This document shows positions 24,986 to 36,482 of a stretch of DNA of 62,000 nucleotides, one piece after another (the stretch's first letter is position 1; each line of letters opens with the position of its first letter). Where the stretch lies: NCBI GenBank assembly GCA_038087875.1, contig JAXLNO010000246.1, positions 124,001 through 186,000 of the forward strand. Reading direction: 5' to 3'. A program made the translations under genes and the position numbers. The notes beneath the pieces are model-generated. The model had not been told where the DNA came from, did no database searches, and saw nothing but the letters and a program-made list of their open reading frames with translations. The stretch is from Malacoraja senta. Lineage: Eukaryota.

Positions 24986-27160
24986 TCATCTGTAACATTT
25001 TTCCTGCATCTACCCAGTCCAATCCTCGAAGAATTTTATATGTTTCTACAAAAATCCCTCTCATCCTTATACATTTCAGCGAATACAAGCCCAGTCGACC
25101 CATTCTTTCATCATATATCAGTCCCGCCATCCCGCCAAACCTGGCGAACCTACGCTGCACTCCCTCTATAGCAAGAATGTCCTTCCTCAAATTAGGAGAC
25201 CAAAATTGTACACAATACTCCAGGTGTGATCTCACCAGGGCCCTGTACAACTGCAGTAGGACCTTCTTGCTCCTAAACTGAAAGCCTCAGACATAGTATT
25301 GTGTAGAAGTTGGGAGGTCATCGTACAGTTGAATAAGACGTTGATGAAAGTACATTTAGAGTATTGTGTTCAGTTTTGGTCACCGTGCAAATATGTTGTC
25401 AAACTGGAAAGGGTGCAGAGAAGATTAACGAGGCTGTTGCTAGGATACGAGGGTCTGAGCTATAGAGGGAGATTGGGCAGGACAGGACATTATTCCTTGG
25501 AGTGCAGGAGGGTGAGGAGTGAATTATAGAGATGTACAAAATCATGAGAGGAATAGATCAGGTAAATACACAGTTAGACGAGGGAATTAAATAACGAGTT
25601 AGATGAGGGAACTATGTAAATGACGATTTAGACCAGGGAATTAAATGTAACATTTCTACGTTTGTGGACGACACATACTATAGCTATGTGGCAGTGTGAG
25701 CCGTGAGGAGGATGCTATGATGCTGCAGGGTGACTTGGATAGGTTGGGGTGATTGGGCTGAAGCATGGCAGATGCAGTATAATGTGGATCAATGTGAGGT
25801 TATCCACTTTGGTGGCAGGAACAGGAAGGCAGATTATTATCTGAATGGTGTCAGATTAGGACAAGCGGAGGTGCAACGAGACCTGGGTGTGTTTATACAT
25901 CAGTCACTGAAAGTACGCATGCAGGTACAGCAGGCAGTAAAGAAAGCCAATGGCATATTGGCCTTCATTGCGAGAGGATTTGAGTTTAGAAACAAGGAGG
26001 TCCTACTGCATTTGTACAGGGTCCTGGTGAGACCACACCTGGAGTATTGTGTGCAATTTTGGTCTCCTAATTTGAGGAAGGACATTATTTCTATTGAGGG
26101 AATGCAGTGTAGGTTCACGAGATTAATTCCCGGGATGGCAGGACTGACGTATAATGAAATAATGGGTCGACTGGGCTTGTATTCGCTGGCATTTTGAAGG
26201 ATGAGAGGAAATTTTAAAGAAACATATAAAATTCTTAGAGGATTATACAGGGTAGATGATGGAAATATGTTCCCGATGTTGGGGGAGTCCAGAACCAGGG
26301 GTCACAGTTTAAGAATTAGGACTGAGACGAGTAAAGACATTTTTAACCCGGAGAGATGTGAATAGATACATAGATACATAGAAAATAGGTGCCGGAGTAG
26401 GCCATTCGGCCCTTCGAGCCTGCACCGCCATTCAATATGATCATGGCTGATCATCCAACTCAGTATCCTGTACCTGCCTTCTCTCCATACCCCCTGATCC
26501 CCTTAGCCACAAGGGCCAAATCTAACTCCCTCTTAAATATAGCCAATGAACTGGCCTCAACTACCCTCTGTGGCAGAGAGTTAAAGGATTTCCCCATTAT
26601 CCTTAAGCTGTGACCCGTTATCCTGGACTTCCCCAACATCGGGAACAATCTTCCTGCATCTAGGAATCTGTGGAATCCTCTGCCACAGAAAGCAGTGGAG
26701 GTCAAACCACTGGATGTTTTCAAGATTGTTAGATTTAGCTCTTAGGGCGAAGGGAATCAAGGGATATGGGGAAAAAGCAGGAACGGGTACTGATTTTGGA
26801 TGATCAGCCATGATAGTATTGAATGACCATTCTGACTCAAATGGCCGAATGGCCTAATCCTGCACCTATTTTCTATGGTTCTTTAATTCTATTTATCTAG
26901 TCAGGAAAACTTAGGTAAACTGTTGACACTGAAGGCAGATAGATCCCCAGGGCCTAATGGCCTGCATCACAGAGTACTCAAGGCGGTGGCCCTAGAAATC
27001 GTGGATGCCTTGGTGATCATTGTCCAATGTTCTATAGACTCTGGATCAGTTCCCGTGGACTGGAGGGGAGCTAATGTAACTTCACAGTTTACGAAAGGAT
27101 GGAGAGAGAAAACAGGGCATCATAGACAGTTAGCCTGACATCGGTAGTGGGGAACATGTT
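24985..27160. mobile_element. Cluster of CR1 fragments in both orientations (24985-25285 -, 25285-26363 +, 26364-26662 -, 26663-26890 +, 26900-27160 +)
   Basis: ORF2 motifs WAEAWQMQYNVDQCEVIHFG, RDLGVFIHQSLKV, LKADRSPGPNGLH.RVLK, VPVDWR.ANVT. Confidence 0.92.
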
Positions 27161-27162
27161 TG

Positions 27163-27972
27163 TGTCCCCCCTCCCCTTTCCTCTCCACCCGACCCTCCTC
27201 CACCTTCACCTCTCTCCATCCCTACCTCCCTGCTCCAACTCCTCCTCCTCTGCCTCCCCCTTGCACTCTCTCAACCCCCCTCGCCCTTTCCTATGGCCCT
27301 CTGACTATCCCCTCCCTCTCCCCTTCCTCACCCTGCCCCTTCCCCTCCCTCCATTCCCCTTCCTCTGCAACTTCCTCCCCTTCCCTCTCCCCCCCTTGCC
27401 CCCACCCCTCCTCCTCCCCTCCCCCTCACCCCTCCCTCTCCCCCTCCCCTTCTCCCTCCCCCTCCCCTCCTCCGCCCTCTCCCCTCCCCTCCCCCTCCCC
27501 TCTCCCTCTCCCCCTCCCCTCCTTCTCCCCCCCTTCCCCTCCCCCTCCCTCTCCCCTTCCTCTCCCCCTCCCTCCCCCTCTCCCTTCCTCTCCACCCCAC
27601 CATTCTCCACCTTCGCCTCCTCCCCACTCTCTCCCACCCTACCTCCCTCCTCCAACTTCTCTCCCTCTGACCCTGCCCCTCCTCCGCTCTCCCCCGCCAC
27701 TTCCTCCCACCCAGTGCCGTCCCTCAGGCCTCGCCACCTGCTCTTCCTGACCCACACTCTGACCACCTCTCTGCCCGTCCGTCCGTCCATCTCCCCCTCC
27801 CTCTACCTGTCCCCCCTCCCATTCCCTCTCCCTCTTCCTCCCTCTCCCCCACCCCTTCCCTCTGCCCCATCCTCTCACACTCCATTACCACCTCAGTCCC
27901 TCCCTCTGCACCTCCCCCTTCACCTCCCCACACTCTCCCCTTCTTGCTGCCCCCCCCCCCCACCTCCCCGCC
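27163..27972. repeat. Second C/T-rich low-complexity tract
   Basis: About 800 bp with the same composition as 1-20870. Confidence 0.93.
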
Positions 27973-27974
27973 TC

Positions 27975-28804
27975 TTGGAAACATCCAGTGAGTTGGCCTC
28001 CACTGCCTTCTGCGGCAGCAGACAATTCAACTGCTTCACAACTCTCGGGGTGAAAAGGGTTTTCCTCATCTCAGTCCTAAATGGCCTGCCCCTTATTCTT
28101 AAACCATGACCCCCTGTTTCTGGCCTCCTCCAACATCGGGAACATATTTACTGCATCTAGCCTGTCCAATCTCTTAAGAATTTTATATCTTTCCAATAGA
28201 TCCACTCTCATCCGTCTAATTTCCAGTCCAGTCGATCCATTCTTCCATCATTTGTCAGTCCCGCCATCCAGGGAATTAACCTGGCGACCCTACGCTGCAC
28301 TCCCTCAATAGCAAGAATTAGTATGTTACGAATTGTCCCACGTTACACTCCTATCTATCCGCTATAGCTCCGCCTTCAACACCATAATCCCATCCAAACT
28401 GATCTCCAAGCTGCTGGAACTAGGAATCAGCTCCACCCTCTACCACTGGATCTAAAACTTTCTGACCCTTCCAATCGGTGAAGATAGGTGACACCTGTAC
28501 AAATTAAGAATCTATCTATCTCTGCCTTAGTAATATCCACTGACTTGGCCTCTATTGTGGCAAAAATTCCACAAATTCACCACCCTCTGAATAAAGATAT
28601 TTCTCATATCTTACCCAAAAAACAGCATTTTATTCTGAGCCTATGGCCTCTATTGCTAGACTCTCCCACTAGTTTAAACATCCTCTCCACATCCACTCTA
28701 TCCAAGTCTTTCTCAATTCTCTATGTTTCAATGAGCCCCCCCCCCCCTCATTCTTCTAAACCCCAGTGAGTACAGGCCCAGTGCGGTCAAATGCTCATCA
28801 TGGG
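27975..28804 (-). mobile_element. CR1 fragments (-) with an embedded Rex1/Babar RT fragment (+, ~28355-28490)
   Basis: CR1 3' ORF2 on the minus strand; the plus-strand piece encodes YSSAFNTIIPSKLISKLLELG. Confidence 0.8.
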
Positions 28805-29232
28805 TGTGGAAGTCAAACTCTTCAATAAGACTCGTGGACGACTTGATTCATCGTCAGCAGTGAGTTTACTGGCACAAGGAAAGAAGTGTCACAGTGAAGG
28901 TCTGTGACCCCAACTCTAAAATTAAGTTGCTACAGAAGAGCATTTGCCACTAAAAAGATAATGAGTAAGGAAGTACAAGGGTGAGGTAGATTGATATGTA
29001 AATGACAAAATCTATACTTTACATTACACAAAGGTCGAGACTTCTTGGCTCCGTACATAACCGGGTACAGAAGGTACGGATAATTAATATGTGAATAATT
29101 CTGACACTAGAAGGCAACCTGGCCCAACGGGATACATGGATAATGAAGGTACCTGTGCTCACTAGTGGTTTCCTGCTGGTGGTTTCTGAGTGCTGCAATG
29201 AGCTAAGGTCAGGACAATGAGTATGTTAACTG
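28805..29232 (-). mobile_element. Probable LTR fragment
   Basis: Interrupts a CR1 abruptly; the reverse complement ends agtaaa...gagtcttattgaagagtttgacttccaCA, like an LTR U5 end. The other end is obscured by a Penelope insertion. Confidence 0.4.
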
Positions 29233-29233
29233 A

Positions 29234-29947
29234 CGGTAGACAAAAATGCTGGAGGAACTCAGCGGGTGAGGCAGCATCTATGGAGTGAAGGAAATAGGCG
29301 ACCTTCTTCACACTTATGTGGGTGTGGGGGGGGAAGGAACAGGCGGAGACAGTGGGCTGTGGGAGAGCTGGGAAGGGGAGGGGAAGGAGGGAGAAAGCAA
29401 GGACTACCTGAAATTGGAGAAGTCAATGCTCATACCGCTGGGGTGTAAACTACCCAAGTGAAATATAACCTGCACCTCCAATTTACGGTGGGACTCATTC
29501 TGGCCATGGAGGAGGCCCAGGACAGAAAGTACGGATTTGTAATGGGAGGGGGAGTTGAAGTGCTGAGCCACCGGGAGATCAGGTTGGTTATTGCGAACCG
29601 AGCGGAGGTGTTGGACAAAGCGATCGCCAAGCCTACGCTTGGTCTCACCGATGTAGAGCAACTGACACCAAGAGCAGCAGATGCAATAGATGAGGTTGGA
29701 GGAGGTGCAGGTGAACCTCTGCCTCACCTGGAACGACTGCTTGGGTCCTTGGATGGAGTCAAAGGGGGTGGAAAAGCGACAAGTGTAGCATTTCCTGCGG
29801 TTGCAAGGGAAAGTGCCCGGGGAGGGGGTGGTTTAGGTGGGAAGGGAAGAATTGACCAGGGAGTTATGGAGGGAGCGGTCTCTGTGGAATGCTGAAAGGT
29901 GAGGAGTTGGGGAAAATGTTGGAGGATAATTTGTTGCATGTGGCGGC
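29234..29947 (-). mobile_element. Penelope-like (Neptune-type) element 3' fragment with GIY-YIG endonuclease
   Basis: RQRFTCTSSNLIYCICCSWCQLLYIGETKRRLGDRFVQHLRSVR...VAQHFN, with an upstream CNRRKCYTC motif. Confidence 0.92.
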
Positions 29948-31982
29948 CAGGGCCGGATTTAGATGAAGAGAGGCCCTAAGCTGTTCCACTTGTGAGCCTC
30001 CCCCCCTCCCAATCCCCCACCCCCACGACTAGAGGAAGATGGTCCACTAGATTGACACCGATTTGCAGCCGAGCGTGGCCAATGAGATAAGGGGCTGGAA
30101 AGTTGGGATTTATTTATTTATTTATTTATTGCCTGTGCTAGTGTCGAGTTATTGGCTTCAAACACTATTATTCTGAAATGGAGCGCAAGGAAAATTACTG
30201 AGGGGTTGTTTAGAGACTACAGTGCATTGTGACAGCATATGTAAGAAAGGCCCATGACAGGGTCAAAAATATTATACACCTTGCAGGGCTCTCACTTAAT
30301 TTTTTTTCTCTGTAGTCAGCCGGGCAACCTTGGCAACTTTTTAAGTTGCCAAATGACAGTTTAGGTGGTCATTTAAGATGGCTTGCATGACGCATGCGAT
30401 AATGTGCTCGGACGAAGTGCGTAGTTACCAGTCGGAATTATACTCAATGAAGCATTCACATACTATTTCTGCTTCAAAAATAAAGTCACAAACTAAACAT
30501 ATTCACCAATCAAGACATGATATATACCACAATGACATGCAGCAAAATTATAATACGGTATCTCAACTCTTTTTACACATTGCATTTAATGCAATTTATA
30601 TTATTTCTTTCCACTTCCAAACAAAAATGTGGTTGGATTATTCAGCGTATGATGAACCTCGGTGAGACCAAGCGCAGGCTTGGCGATCGCTTCGCACAAC
30701 ACCTCAGTTCGCAATAACCAACCTGATCTCCCGGTGGCTCAACACTTCAACTCCCCCTCCCATTCCAAATCCAACCTTTCTGTCCTGGGCCTCTTCCATG
30801 GCCAGAGTGAGGCCCACCGCTAATTGGAGGAGCAGCACCTCACAATTGCTTGGGTAGTTTACACCCCAGCGGTATGAACATTGTTCTAACTGGTACGTGA
30901 GAGAATAAAACACTCTTGACTCTTGACTTACTTCGCTAATGTGTGGGATAGAACTAGTGTACGGGTGATCAATGGTCAGCGTCGACTTGGTGGGCTGAAG
31001 GGCCTGTTTCCACACTGTATCATTAAATTAAACTAAAGGCACTAAAACCAGAGGGAGTCTAAAGAAGGGTCTCTCCCCGAAACGTCACCCAATTTCTTCT
31101 ATCCTGAGTTGCTGGCTGCTTCATGGAGTTCCCCCGCACAATTAAAGCCTGGAACAGTCATCATCCTACCATAATTACCCAACCAGACGCAAATAAATTT
31201 AAGGTACCTCTTTTTCCCCCCAAGAACTCTTTTTTGCTTAAGTCCAAGTCAAGAGAATTTTATTGTCATGTGTCCCAGATAGGACAATGAAATTCTTGTT
31301 TGCTGCAGCACAACAGAATATGTAAACATAATACAGAACAGGACATAAAAGTTCAGTGTGTTTATATACCATAGACCATATATATACACAATAAATAAAT
31401 AGATAAAATGCAATAGGCTGTTATTGTTCAGCCCTCTACCACCTCCAGTTTAAATTCCATTTAGAATATTTATGAATGACCAGGAAACCAGAAGCAAGAG
31501 TTACTCCAGGGAGTTACTCCTGATCCAGGTTCAGGGAGTGATTCTGCGTTGGTTTTCAGCGCTGGCGGCGAGGCAGCGACCGGACAGCAATGGCGGCCAA
31601 ATCTCCCACAATTCAAAGCGAGGGAGAAAGTGCCCTGCGCCGACCAGTTGCCGTGGCAGTGCGCATGCGCAGGGGAGGACGTGCTGGCTGTAGCAGTGCG
31701 CATGTGCAAGGCGGCCGGCCCTGCCGGCGGATGAGGAGCGAGCGGAGAGCGGAGACCCGGACACGGAGAGTGACAGAGAGACAGACAGAGAGAGAGGGAG
31801 AGGGGGGCCGCCCCGCCCAGAGTTGAACGGCAGGTGTCCTGCCTTGGCCGGAGGCCGCCTACATTTCAGGGCCTCAGGCTTCAGCCGATGAAGCCTAGTG
31901 GTAAATCCGGCTCTGCGAGCCCCCCCTGGATCTCGAGGCCCTAAACTGAAGCTTGTCCAGCTTATATGTAAATCCGGCCCTG
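29948..31982. mobile_element. hAT-like DNA transposon termini enclosing other repeats
   Basis: Perfect 14-bp inverted repeats CAGGGCCGGATTTA (29948) and TAAATCCGGCCCTG (ending 31982). No target-site duplication is visible. Confidence 0.55.
30660..30895 (+). mobile_element. Penelope GIY-YIG fragment
   Basis: GETKRRLGDRFAQHL...VAQHFNSPSHS. Confidence 0.88.
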
Positions 31983-32019
31983 CCTACCAGATAATGAAAT
32001 GCCTGGTTAGCTGATGTGG

Positions 32020-32345
32020 AAAGGAAGTTTTCAGTAATGGGAGAGTCTAACACAGCCTCACAATAAAAATACCTACCTTCAATATGGAGATGAGGAGGAA
32101 TTTCTTTAGTCACAGGGTGGTGAATCTGTGGAATTCATTGATACAGACAGCTGTGTGGGTCAAGTCATTGCATATTTTTCAAGCAGAGATTGATAGGTTC
32201 TTGATGAGCACAGGTGACAAAGGTTACAGGGAGAAGGCAGGAGAATGGGATTTAGCGGTAAAAAATAGATCTGCCTTGACTGAATGGTGGAGTGGACTCA
32301 ATGGACTTGAAAGGCATAATTCCGCTCCAATATCTTATGGTCAAA
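32020..32345 (+). mobile_element. CR1 3' fragment
   Basis: EMRRNFFSHRVVNLWNSL plus 3' UTR. Confidence 0.88.
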
Positions 32346-33120
32346 ATTATTCTTATGTCACCCTTAACTCACCCATCCAAATGTAGGAACAGTGGAAGCA
32401 AGATAGGCTGATCCTGGCCAAGATCTCTTATATTCTTTCTTGGGCATCTAGCTAATTTTCTGATAGTAGCTAGTTACACAAAAGACCAATAGTGGTGCCA
32501 TATCCGACCCCATTATCAGGCTGAAGTAGCAGCACCTGTTCTGTAGCTGACTTATTTGTTCCAGACAAGACCTCTGCAAAGATCTTCACACCAGGGCCAA
32601 GCTGACATGGTTAAGATTGCTGGTCAGTACAAATAGACAGTAGTGTTAATGTCTGTGTGTGCCTATGTGTGTGTGAGACAGTGAGGGGGAGAGAGAGAGA
32701 AAGAGAGAGCATGTGTATGTGAGAAAATTAAACTCAGATATCATTGAAATATCAGCAAAGATTAAAACCTTTGAAGTTTTATCAACTATAAATGGGTTCA
32801 CTTTTATTTGCTATAATAACAATCATCAACATAAGAAAATGGCCCTGTTAACCTCCACACTGCAAATAGTCATCTATTTCTGACGTACTTGATTCTTTAA
32901 ATTGTTAATTAAATGCTGCAGATAAAATCTCAATACCTCAATGCTAATATGAACTTAATGATTTTTCATTGATCATTTTAAGCACATCCATCCTCTGTAT
33001 AAATACTTAAATCTAAAACGTTATTACTTTTTAATTAGATATGAACAGTGCTAGTTTAATTTAGATAATAAAATCATTACAATGTTGTTATTGATCAATA
33101 AATGTTTAAAATGCACTATA

Positions 33121-34740
33121 CAGTGGCTTGCAAAAGTTTTCATACCCCTTGAACTTTTCCACATTTTGTCACGTTACAACCACTAACGTAAATGTATTTT
33201 ATTGGGATTTTATGTGATAGACCAACACAAAGTGGTGCATAATTGTGAAGTGGAAGGAAAATGATACATGGTTTTCAAATTTGTTTACAAATAAAAAACT
33301 GAAAAGTGTCGCGTGCAAAAGTATTCAGCCCTCCTGAGTCAATACTTTGTAGAACCACCTTTCGCTGCAATTACAGCTGCAAGTCTTTTGGGGTATGTCT
33401 CTACCAGCTTTGCACATCTAGAGACTGAAATTTTTGCCCATTCTTCTTTGCAAAATAGCTCAAGCTCAGTCAGATTGGATGGAGAGCGTCTGTGAACAGC
33501 AATTTTCAAGTCTTGCCAGAGATTCTCAATTGGATTTAGGTCTGGACTTTGACTGGGCCATTCTAACACATGAATATGCTTTGATCTAAACCATTCCATT
33601 GTAGCTCTGGCTGTATGTTTAGGGTCGTTGTCCTGCTGGAAGGTGAACCTCCGCCCCAGTCTCAAGTCTTTTGCAGACTCTTAACAGGTTTTCTTCCAAG
33701 ATTGCCCTGTATTTGGCTCCATCCATCTTCCCCCATCAACTCTGACCAGCTTCCCTGTCCCTGCTGAAGAAAAGCATCCCCACAGCATGATGCTGCCACC
33801 ACCAGGTTTCATAGTGGGGATGGTGTGTTCAGGGTGATGTGCAGTGTTAGGTTTCCGCCACACATAGCGTTTTGCATTTAGGCCAAAAACTTCAATTTTG
33901 GTCTCATCTGACCAGAGCACCTTCCTCCACATGTTTGCTGTGTCCCCCACATGGCTTGTGGCAAACTGCAAACGGGACTTCTTATGGGTTTTTTTCAACA
34001 ATGGCTTTCTTCTTGCCACTCTTCCATAAAGGCCCGATTTGTGGAGTGCATGACTAATAGTTGTCCTGTGGACAGATTCTCCCACCTGAGCTGTGGATCT
34101 CTGCAGCTCCTGCAGAGTTACCATGGGCCTCTTGGCTGCTTCTCTGATCAATGCTCTCCTTGCCCGGCCTGTCAGTTTAGGTGGACGGCCATGTCTTGGT
34201 AGGTTTGCAGTTGTGCCATACTCTTTCCATTTTCGGATGATGGATTGAACAGTGCTCCGTGAGATGTTCAAAGCTTGGGATATTTTTTTATAACCTAACC
34301 CTGTTTTAAACTTCTCCACAACTTTATCCCTGACCTGTCTGGTGTGTTCCTTGGGCTTCATGATGCTGTTTGTTCACTAATGTTCTCTAACAAACCTCTG
34401 AGGCCTTCACAGAACAGCTGTATTTATACTGAGATTAGATTACACACAAGTGGACTCTATTTACTAATAAGGTGACTTCTGAAGGCAATTGGTTGCACTG
34501 GATTGTATTTAGGGGTATCAGAGTAAAGGGGGCTGAATATTTTCGCACGCGACACTTTTCAGTTTTTTATTTGTATAAAAATTTGAAAACCATGTATAAT
34601 TTTCCTTCCACTTCACAATTATGTCCCACTTTATGTTGGTCTATCACATAAAATCCCAATAAAATACATTTACGCTTGTGGTTGTAACGTGACAAAATGT
34701 GGAAAAGTTCAAGGGGTATGAATACTTTTGCAAGCCACTG
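33121..34740 (-). mobile_element. Full-length Tc1 (DD34E, IR/DR type, Passport-like) DNA transposon, 1620 bp
   Basis: About 210-bp TIRs (CAGTGGCTTGCAAAAG...CTTTTGCAAGCCACTG) with the inner repeat gtgcaaaagtattcagccc; TA duplicated at 33119-33120 and 34741-34742. Confidence 0.97.
33339..34361 (-). pseudogene. Tc1 transposase, disrupted by two small insertions and an in-frame TAA near 33681
   Basis: HTH/GRPPK N-terminus, [17 protein letters not shown] with D34E spacing. The two listed ORFs are in the same frame. Confidence 0.93.
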
Positions 34741-34753
34741 TATATGCCAACAG

Positions 34754-34887
34754 AGAGGGCAGTGAAAGAAGATATGAAGATTAGGATCGTGACTGGAGCT
34801 GTAATCGTTCCTCTCATTCTCCTGGGGATCATCCTTGGAATTGGTTGCTGGAAGAAGAGGAAAAAGAGAAAACCTTTCAAAGAACAG
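34754..34887 (+). CDS. Putative exon of a host type I membrane protein (connecting peptide, TM helix, basic stop-transfer tail)
   Basis: ccaacag acceptor in phase 1, then (E)RAVKEDMKIR-IVTGAVIVPLILLGIILGIGCW-KKRKKRKPFKEQ. Possible donor CAG|gtacca at 34887; otherwise it reads on to TGA at 34974. Confidence 0.62.
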
Positions 34888-34942
34888 GTACCAGCTGACA
34901 ACAGCAGAGACCAGGAGAGGACCATGAAGCACAATCAGCTTC

Positions 34943-35435
34943 CTTTGGGATGCAGAGGAGGTCTACTGGAATGATGCCTGGATTAGTGGGGTACTAGCCA
35001 CAGGGAGAAGTTGGACAGACTGGACAGTTGGATTGTTTTCTCTGGAATGTCAGGGATTGAGGGGAGACCTGACAGTAATATATCAAACTGGGAGGAGTAG
35101 AGATAGGGTAGACCATCAGACTTTTTACCCAGGAAGGAAATATCAAATAAGAGCAGGTATTGCTTTACAATGAGTGGCAAAGTTTAAAAAAGATGTGCAG
35201 GACAAGTGTTTTACGCCAAAGGTGGTGAGTGACTGGAATGTGCTGCTGGGGGTGGTGGTGGAAGCAGATATGATAGTGGCATTTAAGAGACTTTTAGATA
35301 GGCACATGTATATGCAGGGTATGGATGGATATGGATTATGTGCAAGCAGATAACAATTGGTCTTGGCATCATGTTCGGCACAAACATTGTGGGTCAAAGG
35401 GCCTGTTCTTGTGCTGTACTGTTCTATGTTCTATG
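34943..35435 (+). mobile_element. CR1 3' fragment
   Basis: MQRR.T.MMPGL...LDRL..GLFSLE...LRGDL plus a tail ending gttctatgttctatg. Confidence 0.85.
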
Positions 35436-35700
35436 CTCTTTATTGTATCAATGCTGACTGATGGCTTTACATTCAGCCATTAATTTTTCAAGTGCTGTCT
35501 TCTCTGCAGTTACCCTGTGATTCCAAAGTCATACATTGCGCCACATTTTGGAATAAAAGGTCGCCTATTTGATTGATTGATACTTTATTACCATATGTGT
35601 CATGTCACAGTGAAATTCTTTGTTTTGCATGACATACAAAGAGTCACCATGTATAGGGTGTCGACACAGTTACAAAGTAATCATTACAGTCCCCAATGGT

Positions 35701-35868
35701 CCCTCTTTGTTCTCGGCAGCCCCTCCATGTTGGGTTCACCTGTGTTATCAACGGCCCCCCAACCCCGGGACCATCTTTGTTCTCGGCAGCCGCTCCATGT
35801 TGGGTTCACCTGTATTATCAGCCCCCCCCCCACCCCGAGACCCTCTTTGTTCTCGGCAGTCCTCCCTT
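35701..35868. repeat. 70-bp tandem repeat, about 2.4 copies, inside a minus-strand non-autonomous retroelement (~35571-35880)
   Basis: cc.tctttgttctcggcag at 35701, 35771 and 35841. Confidence 0.9.
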
Positions 35869-36302
35869 GCCAGGTTCTTCTTTAAAATAGTTACGAAGAA
35901 GATTTATTTTCCAGGAGGTGTATGATTTGCCTGAACTTTCTATTCCAGCTGTGAAGACAAGGTGAATGAATAATTTCCAGGTTGAGATATAGAGAGTTTT
36001 AGATCAGAAATGGATCAAAGATTGCAGAAATAATGCAGTAAACTGATCAAAATCAGATTGGACATAATGTTATTGAATGATGCAATCTGTTCAAGGGGGC
36101 TTACAGCTGATTACTAATCTTATTTTATATAAAACATAAACATGTTCATCTCAGGAAGAGGCCCTTTGGCCCACAATGACTGTGGTGAACATGATGAGAT
36201 GCTAAACTGATCCCATCCAACTGCAACATGATCCATATCCCTCTATTTCCTGCAGATCAGATTGTCAATCTAACTCTCAAACATCATATACTTATCTTGC
36301 CA

Positions 36303-36482
36303 GAGATAGACACAAAAAGCTGGAGAAACTCACCGGATCAGACAGCATCTCTGGATACAAGACATAGGTGACATTTCGGGATGAGATCCTTGTTCAGACT
36401 CCAGAAATGCTGTTTGACCCGCTGAGTTACTCCAGCTTTTTGAGCCTATCTTCGGTTTAACCCTGCATCTGCAGTTCGTTCC
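36303..36482. mobile_element. Fold-back Penelope terminus with a degenerate hammerhead in the loop
   Basis: Inverted arms ~36304-36355 and ~36400-36452; the loop's reverse complement reads ctgaacaaggatctcatcccgaaatgtc. Confidence 0.8.

Noticed and set aside
27147..28109. 320-aa Pro-rich ORF
   Set aside because: Same compositional artefact, fused to antisense CR1.
29143..29220. Signal-peptide-like MKVPVLTSGFLLVVSECC
   Set aside because: Short, closed by a stop codon, and inside a probable LTR fragment.
35701..35868. CRISPR-like repeat-spacer pattern
   Set aside because: The 'spacers' are themselves repeated, the context is eukaryotic and there are no cas genes.
35510..35961. Apparent downstream exons for the TM protein (ctctgcag|LPCDSK... 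and ttttccag|EVYDLPEL...)
   Set aside because: Both lie in an old CR1 3' remnant (gaataaaaggtcgcctattt...aagatttattttccaggagg); the splice-like signals are probably chance.
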